Shown: one piece after another, positions 50,637-64,000 of the stretch | How positions within the stretch are numbered: position 1 is the stretch's first letter | How the letters are laid out: each line of letters begins with the position of its first letter | Assembly: GCA_951406725.2 (NCBI GenBank) | Contig: OX597815.1 | Location: 167,710,001 to 167,774,000, forward strand | Direction: 5' to 3' | Source of the DNA: Octopus vulgaris | Lineage: Eukaryota | Length of the DNA stretch: 64,000 nucleotides | Notes under the pieces: generated by a model | What the model saw: the letters and a program-made list of their open reading frames with translations, nothing else | The model's database searches: none | What the model was told of the DNA's origin: nothing | Translations under genes and position numbers: made by a program

Positions 50637-52153
50637 CTGTATGTATGGCTATATATGTGTGTGTGTGTGCTTATATATATATATATATATCATATACATT
50701 CATATGTATGTATATGCTTGTTCGTACGTGTGTCTGTAATGTTCATTTAAGTGTTTGTGTGTTTATTTATTTCAGATCAAAAAAGCCCTTATTAAATTTG
50801 GTTCTGTGAATACTGAAGGGAAGGCCTGAGTTGACAGGCTTATGCCGCGCTAAACATAGGCTTCAATTTCAAATAGAAATACCGCGTCTTCGTTAATACA
50901 GATCCTTTTGAAGCGGAAGCATTTTGTAAATTCCTGTTCCACGTTAAGATGTAAATAATGAATTTTAAGTGGGGAGGCACAAGGCATAGGGATGGCTAAA
51001 CGCGAATGAACTGATAAACTGTGTGAACGAATATATATACTCAGCCGGGAAGAAATAGTAGCTAAAATCACCCTCGGATCACATCGTACCATCTTGGGTT
51101 GTATCCTACCCTGAGACCATATCCTATCCTTTGATCTCATTCTAACATCTAGAATCTTGGATCACATCGTAGCCTCGGATCACAATCTACTATTTCAAAT
51201 AAGGATAAAATGTTTTTGGATAAAGCATTTCTCGGTACTTCTAAAAGTATGATGTTCACGGATGTAACGTAAGACGATACATCCGTGACCATCATGCTGG
51301 GTCAGTTCGGTCAGAGCTAAGCAACCACAACAGTAAAAGCAACAATGACAAATAGAATATATTTCTACCGTGCCAAGATTAACCTGTTTACTATGTAACG
51401 GCATTGATGCTTCAAAAAGAAAGGACCATCCGGAAAAGGCCAAGATCTCTTTAAACCACACCCTACTACCTATAAATGAAGCACAAATAGGATAACGTAG
51501 TTTTTGATATATCTATAGCTAGAAACAAAGTAGATCCGCCATAGCCGAAATTACTTTAATCATGGGTCTCTTATATAAGGTCTCACCTGAGGCTAAAAAA
51601 ATTAATCTTTATTATAAAATATGGCTTACACTTTTTACCAATGTCGGAGTTGAAGAAGGTGGCGGGCAGACGAACACAAGCATATGTTGCAATAGCAGGA
51701 AATAAAGGAGAAGGTATTTTTAGAGCTTAAATGAAACATGAATAAAAAGGAACCGTTCTCTAACGGATAATTTATCTTCAGCACAACGCAAGCTGGAACT
51801 GACTCCAAACTGTGACGTTGCGTCATACGACGAAGCGAAAGTATTTGAGCTGCGGATCAACAGGGTCGGTAACAGACATCAAAGTCAGTAATGTCGAAAA
51901 GGCAAAAATTTCATCGCAACATAACTGCATCAAAAAGAGGAAAAATAATCTTTTTTTCAGCCAATCCACGCCATCACAGCTTTTTGCAGTAGAGTGGGGG
52001 AGATAGTGATGTCAAATTATAGATGAACTATCGAAATAGAAAATCAAATCATTCTAATGATAAAGAAAGAAATTCAGGTGTGTTTCTTTTTCAAAATGAA
52101 AAGCGAATGCTAGAGTTGAGATACCTTTAGGACGTGTCTGTATTGTAATATAA

Positions 52154-53053
52154 CTAGCAAACAAAAATAAGGGGGATTTCCCCCTACCTCGGGTGTCTTT
52201 CATTATGATGGCTGTTTATATTCCGACTGACTCAGTTAACTCAGTTTAACACTCTCGGGAGATAAGAAACGTTCATTGCAATATTCCTCACATTAAATGG
52301 TAATTCTGATACCATCTGAAGTCTGATAGCCTGCAAAAATACCGAATAATGCTGTGATGCATAGTTAAATTATTAAACACTCCCCCGCATAATATATCTT
52401 ACCGTGCAGCAATTGACTGTATTAAATGATAATCCACACCGTTATTTTCCCATAAGCGACCACTAGAAGACAAAAGACATCTAAAAAGGAATCTAGCATG
52501 TAAACTTAAACTGATAAAATAACTTAGCGGTTCGTCGATGGAGATCGATAATATAACTTAGCGGTCCGCAATGGAGATCGATAAAATAACTTAGCGGTTC
52601 GCCAAACGTGATCGACAAAATAACTTGGCAGTTCTTCAAAGGAGATCTAATAATTAACTTAGCGGTTCGCCAAACATGTGCGATAAAATAAGTTAGCGCT
52701 TCTCTTTGACTCTCCCTCGCTTTCTTTTAGTCTCTATCTTTCTCTATCTATATCTCTTGCATTTATAAAAAATTAGATTTTCTCGCTTAAATTACAAATT
52801 CGCTTCCACTTTACCGTGCTGAAAATTTGATTGAAATCGATCAAAAGGTCTCCAATCTAGACCTCCAAGTGTCCCCAAAAATCAATAAGATTTGTTTTTA
52901 TTCCAAAGGAACCACTGTAGCGCGCCAAAACGTGTCCCAATCAATTTCTCAACTCAAGTTACCCCTCCTATAATTTTCAATCCCCTTCCATTTAGATCCC
53001 TTTTTACATAAAAATCCAATTTGTATCAATGTTCGTCTTCTTCATTTTATAGA
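52154..53053 (-). mobile_element. non-autonomous Helitron/Helentron-like element
   Basis: CTAG end with a subterminal hairpin AGGGGGATTTCCCCCT; the opposite end TTTTATAGA is a TC start on the minus strand. Confidence 0.5.
52513..52702 (+). repeat. ~34-bp minisatellite, ~6 copies
   Basis: Unit resembles GATCGATAAAATAACTTAGCGGTTCGCCAAA.GA. Confidence 0.85.
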
Positions 53054-53054
53054 T

Positions 53055-54018
53055 TGGACATATATACCCGGCCTTGCACGGGATTAAAATAGTTTATTAT
53101 TGTTATACTTGTTCTGGTATTAAAACCCGATTTTATTCGGGTTTACGCGGGCCACATTTTAAAAGATGAGGAATTTTGCCCTAGTGGCCATGCATTTCGA
53201 TTGAGTTAACTCAAAGATTCCATGCAAACTCGCTAACAATTTTAGCCTAGGTGTACATATTTACTGCTCAATCCGACCACATTATATATATATATATACG
53301 CATTAAATATGTACATATATACGCATTATATATACACTTTATATATATATAGACATATATATATGCATACACATTATATATATATTTATATACACACACG
53401 TAATATATCTTATTAATATCTGTTATGATTGTACGCTGGTGGAGGGCGATAATAATTCAACGTTCTAAAAGACCTGTAGTGAGAATATTTAAACGTTTGC
53501 GGCTGTCAACGCTTTCTCTCTATTGATACAGACGGACGTAGAGTGAGAGAGATGGTGGCAGAAAGAGTGATAGAGAGACGACGAAGGTGTCAAACGTCGT
53601 TATAGAGAGAAAGTTATAGAAAGAAAGTGCAGACAGACGTACAGAGAAAGAAAGAGAGAGAGAGAGGCGGTGGAGAAAGAGTGACAGAGCTGGTGAAAGT
53701 GGCGGAGGAATGAGAGTGGAATCTGTCAAACGTCTTTATAGAGAGAAATTGGAGGGAAGGGAGGAAAGAGAGAGACGGAGGGAGACAGGCAGATATGCGA
53801 AAGAGAGAAACGACAAACACTTGTCAAAGTGTGGGGTTTTTTGCCCTAGTAACAATAGCTTTTGAGATAGGGATTTCTAACTTAGCCCACTCACTTCCTC
53901 GCCTCTTTTTACATGTCCCTGTAAATTTTGGAGCTGATCCGACCCGATCTAGTGCCCCTTAACCCGTTCCAATCGCAAAACCAGACAAACAAACTTTTTG
54001 GCATTTCAGCTTTATAGA
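53055..54018 (-). mobile_element. non-autonomous Helitron-like element
   Basis: Minus-strand start TCTATAAAGCTGAA..GTTTGTTTGTCTG and subterminal hairpin CCCGTGCAAGGCCGGG. The terminal CTAG is not intact. Confidence 0.55.
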
Positions 54019-54532
54019 TACATACAAGATAAAGTTAACTTACTATGGTCAGTAAAGATAAAGATTCATTACTTCATATTAATTAAGTTTCTGGATCTAG
54101 GTTCAGGGAATTGGCCATCCTTAATGGTAACAACAAACAGGAGATAAGGAAAGGAAATGAAGTTAAGAAAATAAAAAAACAACATAATTTTTAAAAGCAT
54201 ATAGAAACACATATCAAAAAGGTATTATAAATGAATTCAATAGGAAACCGACAGCTGGAGATATAAGATTAAATGAAGTGATAAAATTGAACAACAATAA
54301 TTTTCAAGTAGGGTTAAAAGGTCAAAAGACCACATATATGGACCTTGACTCGAACTACATTTTCCAACCACACCTCAAAATACTTTCTATTGTATTTCAG
54401 CTGCAATGAACTCTGCATTATAATCCACTGCATTGGCTTACTATATTATCTGTTACCCACGTCCGCTCGAGCAGCTTTCTGTGATAGCTATACGCTTCTA
54501 TGAATCCATATATTGCACTACAAATTGCTCTA

Positions 54533-54575
<43 letters not shown>

Positions 54576-54619
54576 TATATATATACATATATATATGCCT
54601 GTGTGTGTATGTATGCATG

Positions 54620-54653
<34 letters not shown>

Positions 54654-55558
54654 TGTATGTATGTATGTATGTATGTATGTATAAAATGTGACTTGATAAA
54701 AGCTAGTTTTCCAGAGCAAATTAGAATGGACTATTCGAAAATTTGTGGTACTTGTTTCCTGGTGTGGAAACTTGTTTATTGTTATTATTTGAAGTACACC
54801 ACATTCATCATCATCTTTATCATCGTCATCATCATTATTATCCTTTCAACGCGTACTTTCTTGTGCTTGCATGGGTTAGGCGAAATATGTTGAGGCAGAT
54901 TTCCTCTGGCTGGAAACCATTCCTTTCATCAGCCCTAACGTGTTTCCAAGCAAGGTATTTCCCCATCGCCAGTTACGTTTCAACAGAAGACTGGAATCGA
55001 AAGACACATTTTGTATGAGAGGGTTCACGACAGAAAAGTTTTAAAACATAAAGAGTTGTGAAAATCGCGTGAGGCACAAAGACAGCAGTTTTTATTGTTT
55101 CCAATATAATTAGGACGTTGTAGGATTCTAGCTTGATCCACCAAGTCCTACATTAATGTGGTTGAAATTAGAGAGGATAGAAGAGCAATTATTTGGAAAC
55201 TGAAGAATGAAGCATAAAGACTTTGTAACAGACATGATTCAGGAAGATAATGAGTTGGATTAAAGCTTAGGGCAAACAACAACACCTTATCAAATAATAT
55301 AAGAAAATCATTGCTGCATGTTTAGAGAAGTTACAGTTTTCATTTGGCACGATGTGGTTAAGGCATAGATAACAAAAGTACAAATGTGGGCTAAAAGAAC
55401 CCGGTCATTCCATGGTGGTATATCAATACGGTTTAGCATGAATGGATTAAGATGCATTGTTGGGGAAGTGTTAAAATTGTTCTGATGTTAGGAATGTCTT
55501 GGCATATATACCCGGTGTATAATGTGTCTGTTTATATGGACGCGTACGCATGTGTGCG

Positions 55559-55667
<109 letters not shown>

Positions 55668-56300
55668 GTATAGATATAGATATTTATATATATATGTATG
55701 TATATATATATATATATATGCATATGTGTATGTGTAAATAGGTGTTTATATGTATATGTATATATAACTATATATATATATACATAAGCATATATATATA
55801 TACATACAGACATACATATAAATATATACATATTATTATACATATTAATACACACACACACATATATATGTATATTCAGTTGCATTCTCACATAGACCAC
55901 GATAAAAAAAAATACGTCTTCTTTAAGATGAAATAAAACTACTATATTCCACTTTTATACTCATCTGGTTTTACTTACCCTTAGACCTGTGTATCACTTA
56001 TTTGAGTTAGTTTGTGACAGATAACAAGAGAGAGTGAGAGACCATACAAAAAACAGCCACAACTGTGCGTCTCGTGAAGAACATATGCTGTTCAGAGTAC
56101 AATTACAGTTAGGAAAACACGATGTTTTGATGATTAACAATTTCTCACTTCCGTCTTTTAATCCACATTAAGTTTCAATTTTTTTCTTTACATTTCATTC
56201 TTTAGTTTTATTGTTTATTTGCTGGTTGTAATATAGATAAAATAGCTCCTGCTATTGGATGGTTTTGTACTGCATCGATGCCTCATGTAGTTAGGAATGT

Positions 56301-56359
<59 letters not shown>

Positions 56360-56398
56360 CATACATATATATAAATATATACATATATATAAATATAC

Positions 56399-56495
<97 letters not shown>

Positions 56496-56497
56496 AA

Positions 56498-56787
56498 CGT
56501 GACCACGTGACCGACCAGGCTATCAGATGTTGCTACGCATCGCTGGTCACAATGCGCTTCGCATTGTTTTAGCCTTCAAATGGCGCCACCACGCTGGCTA
56601 AGCGAGCAGGCCAACAGAAGAAAGAGTGAGAGAAAGTTGTGGCGAAAGAGTACAGCAGGGATCGCCACCATCCCCTGCATGAGCCTCGTGGAGCTATAGA
56701 TGTTTTCGCTCAATAAACTCTCACGACGCCTGGTCTGGGAATTGAAACCGCGAGTCCGCTGCCCTGACCACTGGGCCATTGCGTCTC

Positions 56788-56790
<3 letters not shown>
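56498..56790 (-). mobile_element. SINE family C copy
   Basis: Reverse complement of the family C body. Confidence 0.85.
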
Positions 56791-56881
<91 letters not shown>

Positions 56882-56909
56882 ATATACATAAATATAAATA
56901 AATAAATAA

Positions 56910-56953
<44 letters not shown>

Positions 56954-56974
56954 TAGATATAGTGCTATATATAG

Positions 56975-57010
<36 letters not shown>

Positions 57011-57012
<2 letters not shown>

Positions 57013-57500
57013 TTAATTCCTTAAAATATTTCAGATGTATATCACTGCATATCTCTCCCACCTCCGCTCCAGGGAGAAGAGTTTTAATACTTTCACTCTT
57101 TCCCAGTAGCTGATATGTTGCATTGAGACGATCCTCTTAGTGTAGCTTCGTTGGATTGCTTCGAGTTCTGCTGTTAACTTTATATTGTGTGGTGATCGTA
57201 GTTGGGAGCAGTAGTCCAAGCGGCTGAGGACGAATGTCTTCCAATGGACCATCAGTGTCTCCTTCTCTCTTGTTCTGAAAGTTCGGAGGATCCATCCAGT
57301 TAGCCGTCAGCATTTTATTACCAAATTGGCAATATGCACTTGGAAAGATACACCATTGCTCATGTCAATGCCCAGGTCACACACTGATTTTGACTCAGGA
57401 ATTGCAATTCTTCCCGGGTCAGTGGATTCGGTCTGCATATCATTCACTTTTGTGTGCCAGTACCGCAGGGCTTGGAACTTCCCTGCATTAAACTGCATGT
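57011..57500 (-). mobile_element. CR1-like LINE ORF2 C-terminal fragment between (TA)n tracts
   Basis: [65 protein letters not shown]. Confidence 0.85.
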
Positions 57501-57543
57501 TGATATATATATATATATATGTATATATGTACATATATATACC

Positions 57544-57609
<66 letters not shown>

Positions 57610-57678
57610 GTACACATGTATATATATATATAAATATATTTATATATATATATAAATATATATGTATATACATATGTA

Positions 57679-57724
<46 letters not shown>

Positions 57725-57728
<4 letters not shown>

Positions 57729-57928
57729 AAACCTGCGGCTCAGTGGTTACCGATGATGTTGACTTGTTCTTTTCGGATTATGGCTGATGTTGCTTAGTGA
57801 GTGGGATTGACTCAGTGCACAGCCTTTCCTAACTTAAAAAAAATCTTCTTGCACAGGCATTGCACGATAACAACATTGATTAAGCTTCGTGCAATGGCCA
57901 TACTCGATAACGAGGGGGCAGCCACCAT
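57725..57928 (+). mobile_element. 3' part of the non-autonomous RTE-derived element
   Basis: Reverse complement of 40208-40410. Confidence 0.8.
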
Positions 57929-57929
57929 G

Positions 57930-58002
<73 letters not shown>

Positions 58003-58038
58003 GTGTATATATATATATATATGTACACACATATATAT

Positions 58039-58115
<77 letters not shown>

Positions 58116-58542
58116 CCCAGAAACCCTCATGCAGAGGCAATTATACAATAACGTAAAATAAAATGCATATTATGTAAAGTTAATGAACGCTTTAGATATA
58201 ATAGTCACAAGATTCGTACAAAACACTTTACAACCAATGAATGGTGAGCTGGGATTATTATTGTCCCGATGATAAAAGAAAAATTACCTGTCCTTTTTAA
58301 CCAATGCTAAAATGTCTATTCGTGTGAGAATAGCAAGTACATTTCCTCAATTGTTGCTGTTCATCGAACTAGAACCTTTAATGCAAAAACAGCAATGAAA
58401 GCGAATTTCTCTTTTTCTTAGTTTTGTTTTTTTTGGGGTTCTTTACAATTTTCTTTTGCTCTATTTCTGCTTCTATTTTTTTTTTGTTTTTGTTTTCATA
58501 ATCAACGTATTTTTGTTTATTTTAACTTTCCACCTGACTTTC

Positions 58543-58589
<47 letters not shown>

Positions 58590-58713
58590 TTTGTTTGTTC
58601 CTTTTTTTTTCATCTTATTATTATTTTGCCCTTCTGTCAAAATTTTTTTGGGGTACTCTTTTAAACTTTCATAACTCTCTGGCCCTTCTGTTCTCTCTGT
58701 ATTTGTTTCCCTA

Positions 58714-58757
<44 letters not shown>

Positions 58758-58791
58758 TGTGTGTGATGTATGCGCGCGCATGTGCAGATAA

Positions 58792-59226
<435 letters not shown>

Positions 59227-61810
59227 TGTTTCTTTATTAGCCACACAGGGCTGCACACAGATAGAACAAATTACAAGGTAGAGCTTTTCTTTTGAAGGTT
59301 TAAGAAAAAAAAAAAAAAAAAAGGAAGGGGAGTTTCGATCAAAAGGGATCGTAAAAGGAGAGAAAGAGGACAAAAAAAGGGGTTTAAAAAAAAGGGGGAG
59401 GAAAAAAAATTGATCAATAGGGATCGTTATCACAGAAATGTCAATATGAAGTGTAAAGGGGAGGACAGGTGAGGTTTACCCGTGCAAAGAAAAGCCTACA
59501 GGAAAAGACCACGGTAACCTCAGTCAATGATGTCACATTTTATATTTCTTTTTTTTTTTTTTCAAATAAGCAACTCTCTGTTTTCGATTTCTGGGTTCAT
59601 AGGACTATGCTCAAGGTGGCTTCGTCATTCATACGTGCCATTCTTGCTACATTCATCCATCTTTTTTAAAACATTCGCTAGACAAAACTTGCCTCTCTAC
59701 TCTCACTTTCCTTTTCAAGTGGTACTTGAAGAAGTTGATGAGAGATTGACCAGAGAGGAAAGTGTTTGTCTCCAATCCTTTCAGACGCGTCCACCAGATA
59801 CATTCTTTCGCCATAGCCACAAGGATGATGAAAATAGCTCTTCCTTCCCGTTTGAAGGAAGGAGGCGTGACAATATTGACGATAGACTCAGCTGATAAAC
59901 CGACTCGTCCCACACGTGACAGCAGTTGTTCGACATAAGCCCACAGGTCGGAAATTGTTGGACACTGAACGAGTGCGTGCAGAACGGTTTCGTCGCTCTG
60001 ACCGCATCTCGGGCAAGTCGGTCCAGTGTTCTCGAGCCGTGTCTGTAGAGCTTATCCCGAACGGGTAGCGCTTCTCGGTAGCACTGCCAGGCCAGGGATC
60101 TCTGGAAGTTGTCCATGGGCCCTGGCCCGAAAGTCGTCCTGAACAGGCGGGTCAGGTACTCCTCGTCGACGTCCAGACTCGCCCCGAGCTCGTCGTCGTA
60201 CCTCCCCTCCACTAAACCCCTATAGAATGCCTTTGGTTGTGTTGGAGTCACTTAAGGTCGACCCAGGACGGCAGAGTTGCTTGAGAGCAACGCGACACTC
60301 GCGGTGCCATTCGCCTAGCCTCGGTCTCTGCTTGATCCACGACTGCAGTTCGGTCCAAGGAGACGAGCTGCGGGAAAGCGTGCCGCACAAAAGGCGACCA
60401 CCCCTGTTCACCGTTGTCTATGAAGTGCCGGAGATATCGCAGTCTCAGCGCATGTCTGCGCATCATCAACCACGGCATGCCCAGCCCTCCATTTAGCGGG
60501 TGTTGGCAGCAAATGGATCGCCTAACCATCGGAACGTTTCCTTTCCACAAGAAGCGGAAGAGTATGCGTTCCAGTTTGGTGATGGTAGGGTCGGGACAAG
60601 GCACGACGGTCAGACGATACTCGATGACGGATGCGATGTACGCGTTCGCCACCTCCGCCCGACCTTTTAGGGATAGCTTTCTCTCAGTCCATTTCTGGGT
60701 GAGAGTAGCCACCCTAGTCGTTATCTCGCCCCAGTTCTTCTCCATTTGGAGGTCCGGACCGAACCAGACCCCGAGCAATTTAACCGGTCCGTCCGTCCAG
60801 CGTCCCACGATGGAGACGCTGTTGGACGGCATGGGCTTGCTTCTCCAGGTGCCGAGCCGCAAGCCCACTGACTTTTCCCGGTTAATTTTTGCTCCCGTTA
60901 CCGCTTCGTATTCTTTCAGTGTCTCGCCGACCAGCTCGATGTGCTCGTAGCTCGACACTATGACGGTGACGTCATCCGCGTATGCAGACACGCTCGTCCC
61001 GCATCCCAGCTCTCGCGGGATGCCCCTCAGAGTCGCCAGCTTCCGCAGTAGTGGCTCAAGAGTCAATACATACAGCAGCGATGAGAGGGGGCATCCCTGA
61101 CGAACCGAACGCATGATGTTAAAAGGTCTCGATAGATGACCATTTACGCGAACTACTGAGCGGATGCCGCTGTATAAGGCAGCGATCCAACCGCGGAAAA
61201 CTGGACCGAAACCAGCCGCTTTGAGGACTGCCTCCAAGTAGTGATGGTCTACCCTATCGAAGGCTTTTGATTGATCCAAATTGATCAGCGCCCCACCCAT
61301 GCCAGGATTTTAACTACCCTGTCTATGATGTAGCGCATCAGGTGGAGGTTGTCATGAATACTTCTACCCGGCACGGCGCATGTTTGCGCCTTGTCGATTA
61401 GTTTCTTGATGACAAGCGCCAACCTCTCGGCTAACACCTTGGCCAAAATTTTCAAATCTGCGTTGAGCAGAGTGATGGGCCTGGAATTATCTATGGCGTC
61501 CCCCTTGTTTGGGTCTTTCTTGATCAGTGCCACTGCTCCTCGCTTTACAAAAGCAGGAATACTCCCGTTCTGCTGCCAGTTGCAGTAGACAGCTGCCAAG
61601 ACGCCTCCAAACAAGTCTGGCATATGAAAATAAAATTCGTAGGGCAGACCATCCAAGCCTGGTGACTTGTCTCTCGCGCAGCCTACCATCGCATCCTGTA
61701 CGTCCGCAGCTGTGATAGGCTTTTCACAAGACTCCACCTCCCTTGCTGAGAGTCGTGGCAAGGCATGCAGGTAGGCACTAAAGTCCACTCTGCTTTCTGA
61801 CTCACCACTT
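59227..61810 (-). mobile_element. 5'-truncated L1/Tx1-type LINE; frameshifted ORF2 reverse transcriptase pseudogene
   Basis: KSPGLDGLPYEFY, RPITLLNADLKILAK, LDQSKAFDRVDH, VRQGCPLS, YADD, GGLGMP, and the knuckle CPRCGQSDETVLHALVQCP, split over several frames. Flanked by GACA/GATA repeats. Confidence 0.93.
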
Positions 61811-61944
61811 ATAGACAGACAGATAGATAGACAAACATATAGATAGACAGGCGGATACACAGGCAGAAAGACAGGCAGAAAGACAGACACCCCAAATTAG
61901 TTTCTACTTCTACTTCACATTTGAATTTATTCTTTTATATAAAT

Positions 61945-62015
61945 CAATTCGTTTTGCAAGACTCCTGGTGCGAAATCGTATATTGAAACAGATATTGTTG
62001 TATTTCGGGATGGTC
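61945..62015 (-). repeat. short homologue of the PLE 3' terminus
   Basis: TGCAAGA..TTGAAACAGATATTGTT.TATTTCGG.ATGGTC is shared with 25973-26033. Confidence 0.65.
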
Positions 62016-62064
62016 GTTTCATTTATTTATTTACTTATTTTTGCCAAATTTATATGTATATTCT

Positions 62065-62430
62065 TTTATTTGTCTCAGTCATTTGACTGCGGCCATGCTG
62101 GAGCACCGCCTTAAATGGTTTCTGGTCGAAGAAATCGACCCCAGGACTTATTCTTTGTAAGCTTAGTAATTATTCTAACGGTCTCTTTTGCCGAACCGCT
62201 TAGTTACGGTGACGTAAACACACTAACAGCGGTTGTCAAGGGATGGTGGGGGACAAACACATACAGAAAGGGTCACACGTGTGTACACACACAGACACAC
62301 AGATACAAACACACACATATATGTATATACATGGTTATAGTAGAAGGCACTTGCCCAAGGTGCTATGCAAGGGACTGAACCCGGAACCATGTGGTTGGAA
62401 AGAATGCTCCTAACCACTAAGCCACGCCTA
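62065..62430 (-). mobile_element. SINE family B copy (internal deletion)
   Basis: Matches family B. Confidence 0.8.
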
Positions 62431-63469
62431 TATATCAATTCGTAAGTGTGTGTGTGTGTGTGTGTAAGTGTGTGTGTGTATTCTATATATAAATATATTA
62501 GTATACTCATATACACACATACATATATGTGGGTGTGAGTTTATGGACGCACAAACACATTTATACGTACATAGAGAACTCTCTGATGTTGCAGTATATT
62601 TTATAGTCATATTTTGTTGTTGCTGTTGTTTTTTTTTTATATAATTAATTGTCACTGTGTGTAATTTATACATTCATTTAGTTATTGTTATCGACATTAT
62701 CTTCTTTTATACTCTCTGACCTGCCTACTGATTTCTATAGCATTAATCCTTTTAGGCTGTGCAAGTATCACTCAATTTCATTACCTCTTCTATATAACTC
62801 TGGAATTTTGTGCTAATATAATGTCACCATTATTACAATGAAAGTCTGCCAGAATCGGTAGATCACCAGACAGAATATACACTGTGGATTGCTTGCGTCC
62901 TTTTATCTTCAGTGTTATAATCTTGCCGGCATAGACTTTACATTCCATCGATTTAATTGACTGACCCTTCAAATAATACGTATAGTATTGTGTATCACTT
63001 GAAAATTATTGTTAGTGAAGCAGTTTTGGCAGCAGTTATGTTTTAGGTTTTATATCATCATACATTCTGAGTCCCTCGTAGATCGCTCGAATATGCGCTA
63101 ATATTATCTAAAGAATGATTAAATCAAGTATGCATCATTTCTAAGTAACATGACCTTGTGGCATTTCGATACAAATTTCTAGTGACGCTTTAGTAATAGT
63201 AAAGAGCATAATCCCAAACTATGCAATAGAACCCAGTATTAGACGGAGGTATTGTAGTAGCAGTAAGACGCGTCATGCCTAAATGGTTTAAACCTTCGCT
63301 TCGGAATCACAAAGTCCCAAACTCAATCTCATTGCAAAGTATCTTGGACAAGTGCCTACGGCAATAACTGCAACTTGACTCAAGCCTTATGGACAGAGCT
63401 GAGTAGACGGGAAATGTCCGCAACACGGATTGTACTTCAAATGTTATCCAAATGTGAATAAATGTGACC

Positions 63470-63636
63470 TATGCGCAGGAGTGGGTGTGTGGTAAGTAGC
63501 TTGCTTATGAACAACATGGTTCCGGGTTCAGTCCCACTGTGTGGCACCTTGAGCAAGTGTCTTCTACTATAGCCTCGAGCCGACCAAAGCCTTGTGAGTG
63601 GATTTGGTAGACAAGAAACTAAAAGAAGCCCGTTGA

Positions 63637-63730
<94 letters not shown>

Positions 63731-63905
63731 ATGTGTGTTTGTGTATCTGTGTTTGTCCCACCAACATTGCTCGACAACCGATGCTGCTATGTTTACGTCC
63801 CCGTAACTTAGCGGTTAGGCAAACGTGGCAGATACAATAAATAGTAGGCTTACAAAGAATAAGTCCTGAGATCGGTTGCAATCAAATGACTGAAACAAGT
63901 AAAAG
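63470..63905 (+). mobile_element. SINE family B copy with internal (TG)n
   Basis: Intact head with A/B-box-like motifs. Confidence 0.85.
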
Positions 63906-64000
63906 AATATGAATTAAACAGCAATATCTAGAGCAAAAAGATGGTAGATTGCAACAAATCTAGTCAATTTGCTTATGTAACACAGGTTCGTTCAAACAAG

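Noticed and set aside
52513-52702. CRISPR-like array
   Set aside because: The units are contiguous and degenerate with no unique spacers, there are no cas genes, and the unit derives from a SINE.

Overview
This is AT-rich, microsatellite-dense animal nuclear DNA. It is most likely an octopus/cephalopod intron or intergenic region, inferred from the SINE families and a mollusc-type nad1 NUMT. No host protein-coding gene is confidently visible, and almost all short ORFs in the track are microsatellite artefacts. The centrepiece is a young Penelope-like retroelement with an uninterrupted RT + C-terminal GIY-YIG frame and Naiad-like motifs. It is inserted in (TA)n, and its 3' ~1.6 kb is duplicated in inverted orientation at its 5' end. 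Scattered through the window are several smaller fold-back elements and minimal hammerhead-ribozyme-like motifs, mostly beside or inside microsatellites, which suggests a non-autonomous partner system. Other elements: a DD39D (plant-mariner-type) transposase pseudogene interrupted by a locally templated 158-bp insertion; a Tx1-type LINE in (GATA/GACA)n; two tandem R4/Dong-like RLE LINE ends with (TACA)n tails; a non-autonomous RTE element with an HDV-like ribozyme fold; Helitron-like elements; MITEs; and many tRNA-derived SINEs. All calls were made by eye without database searches, so boundaries of degenerate repeats are approximate.
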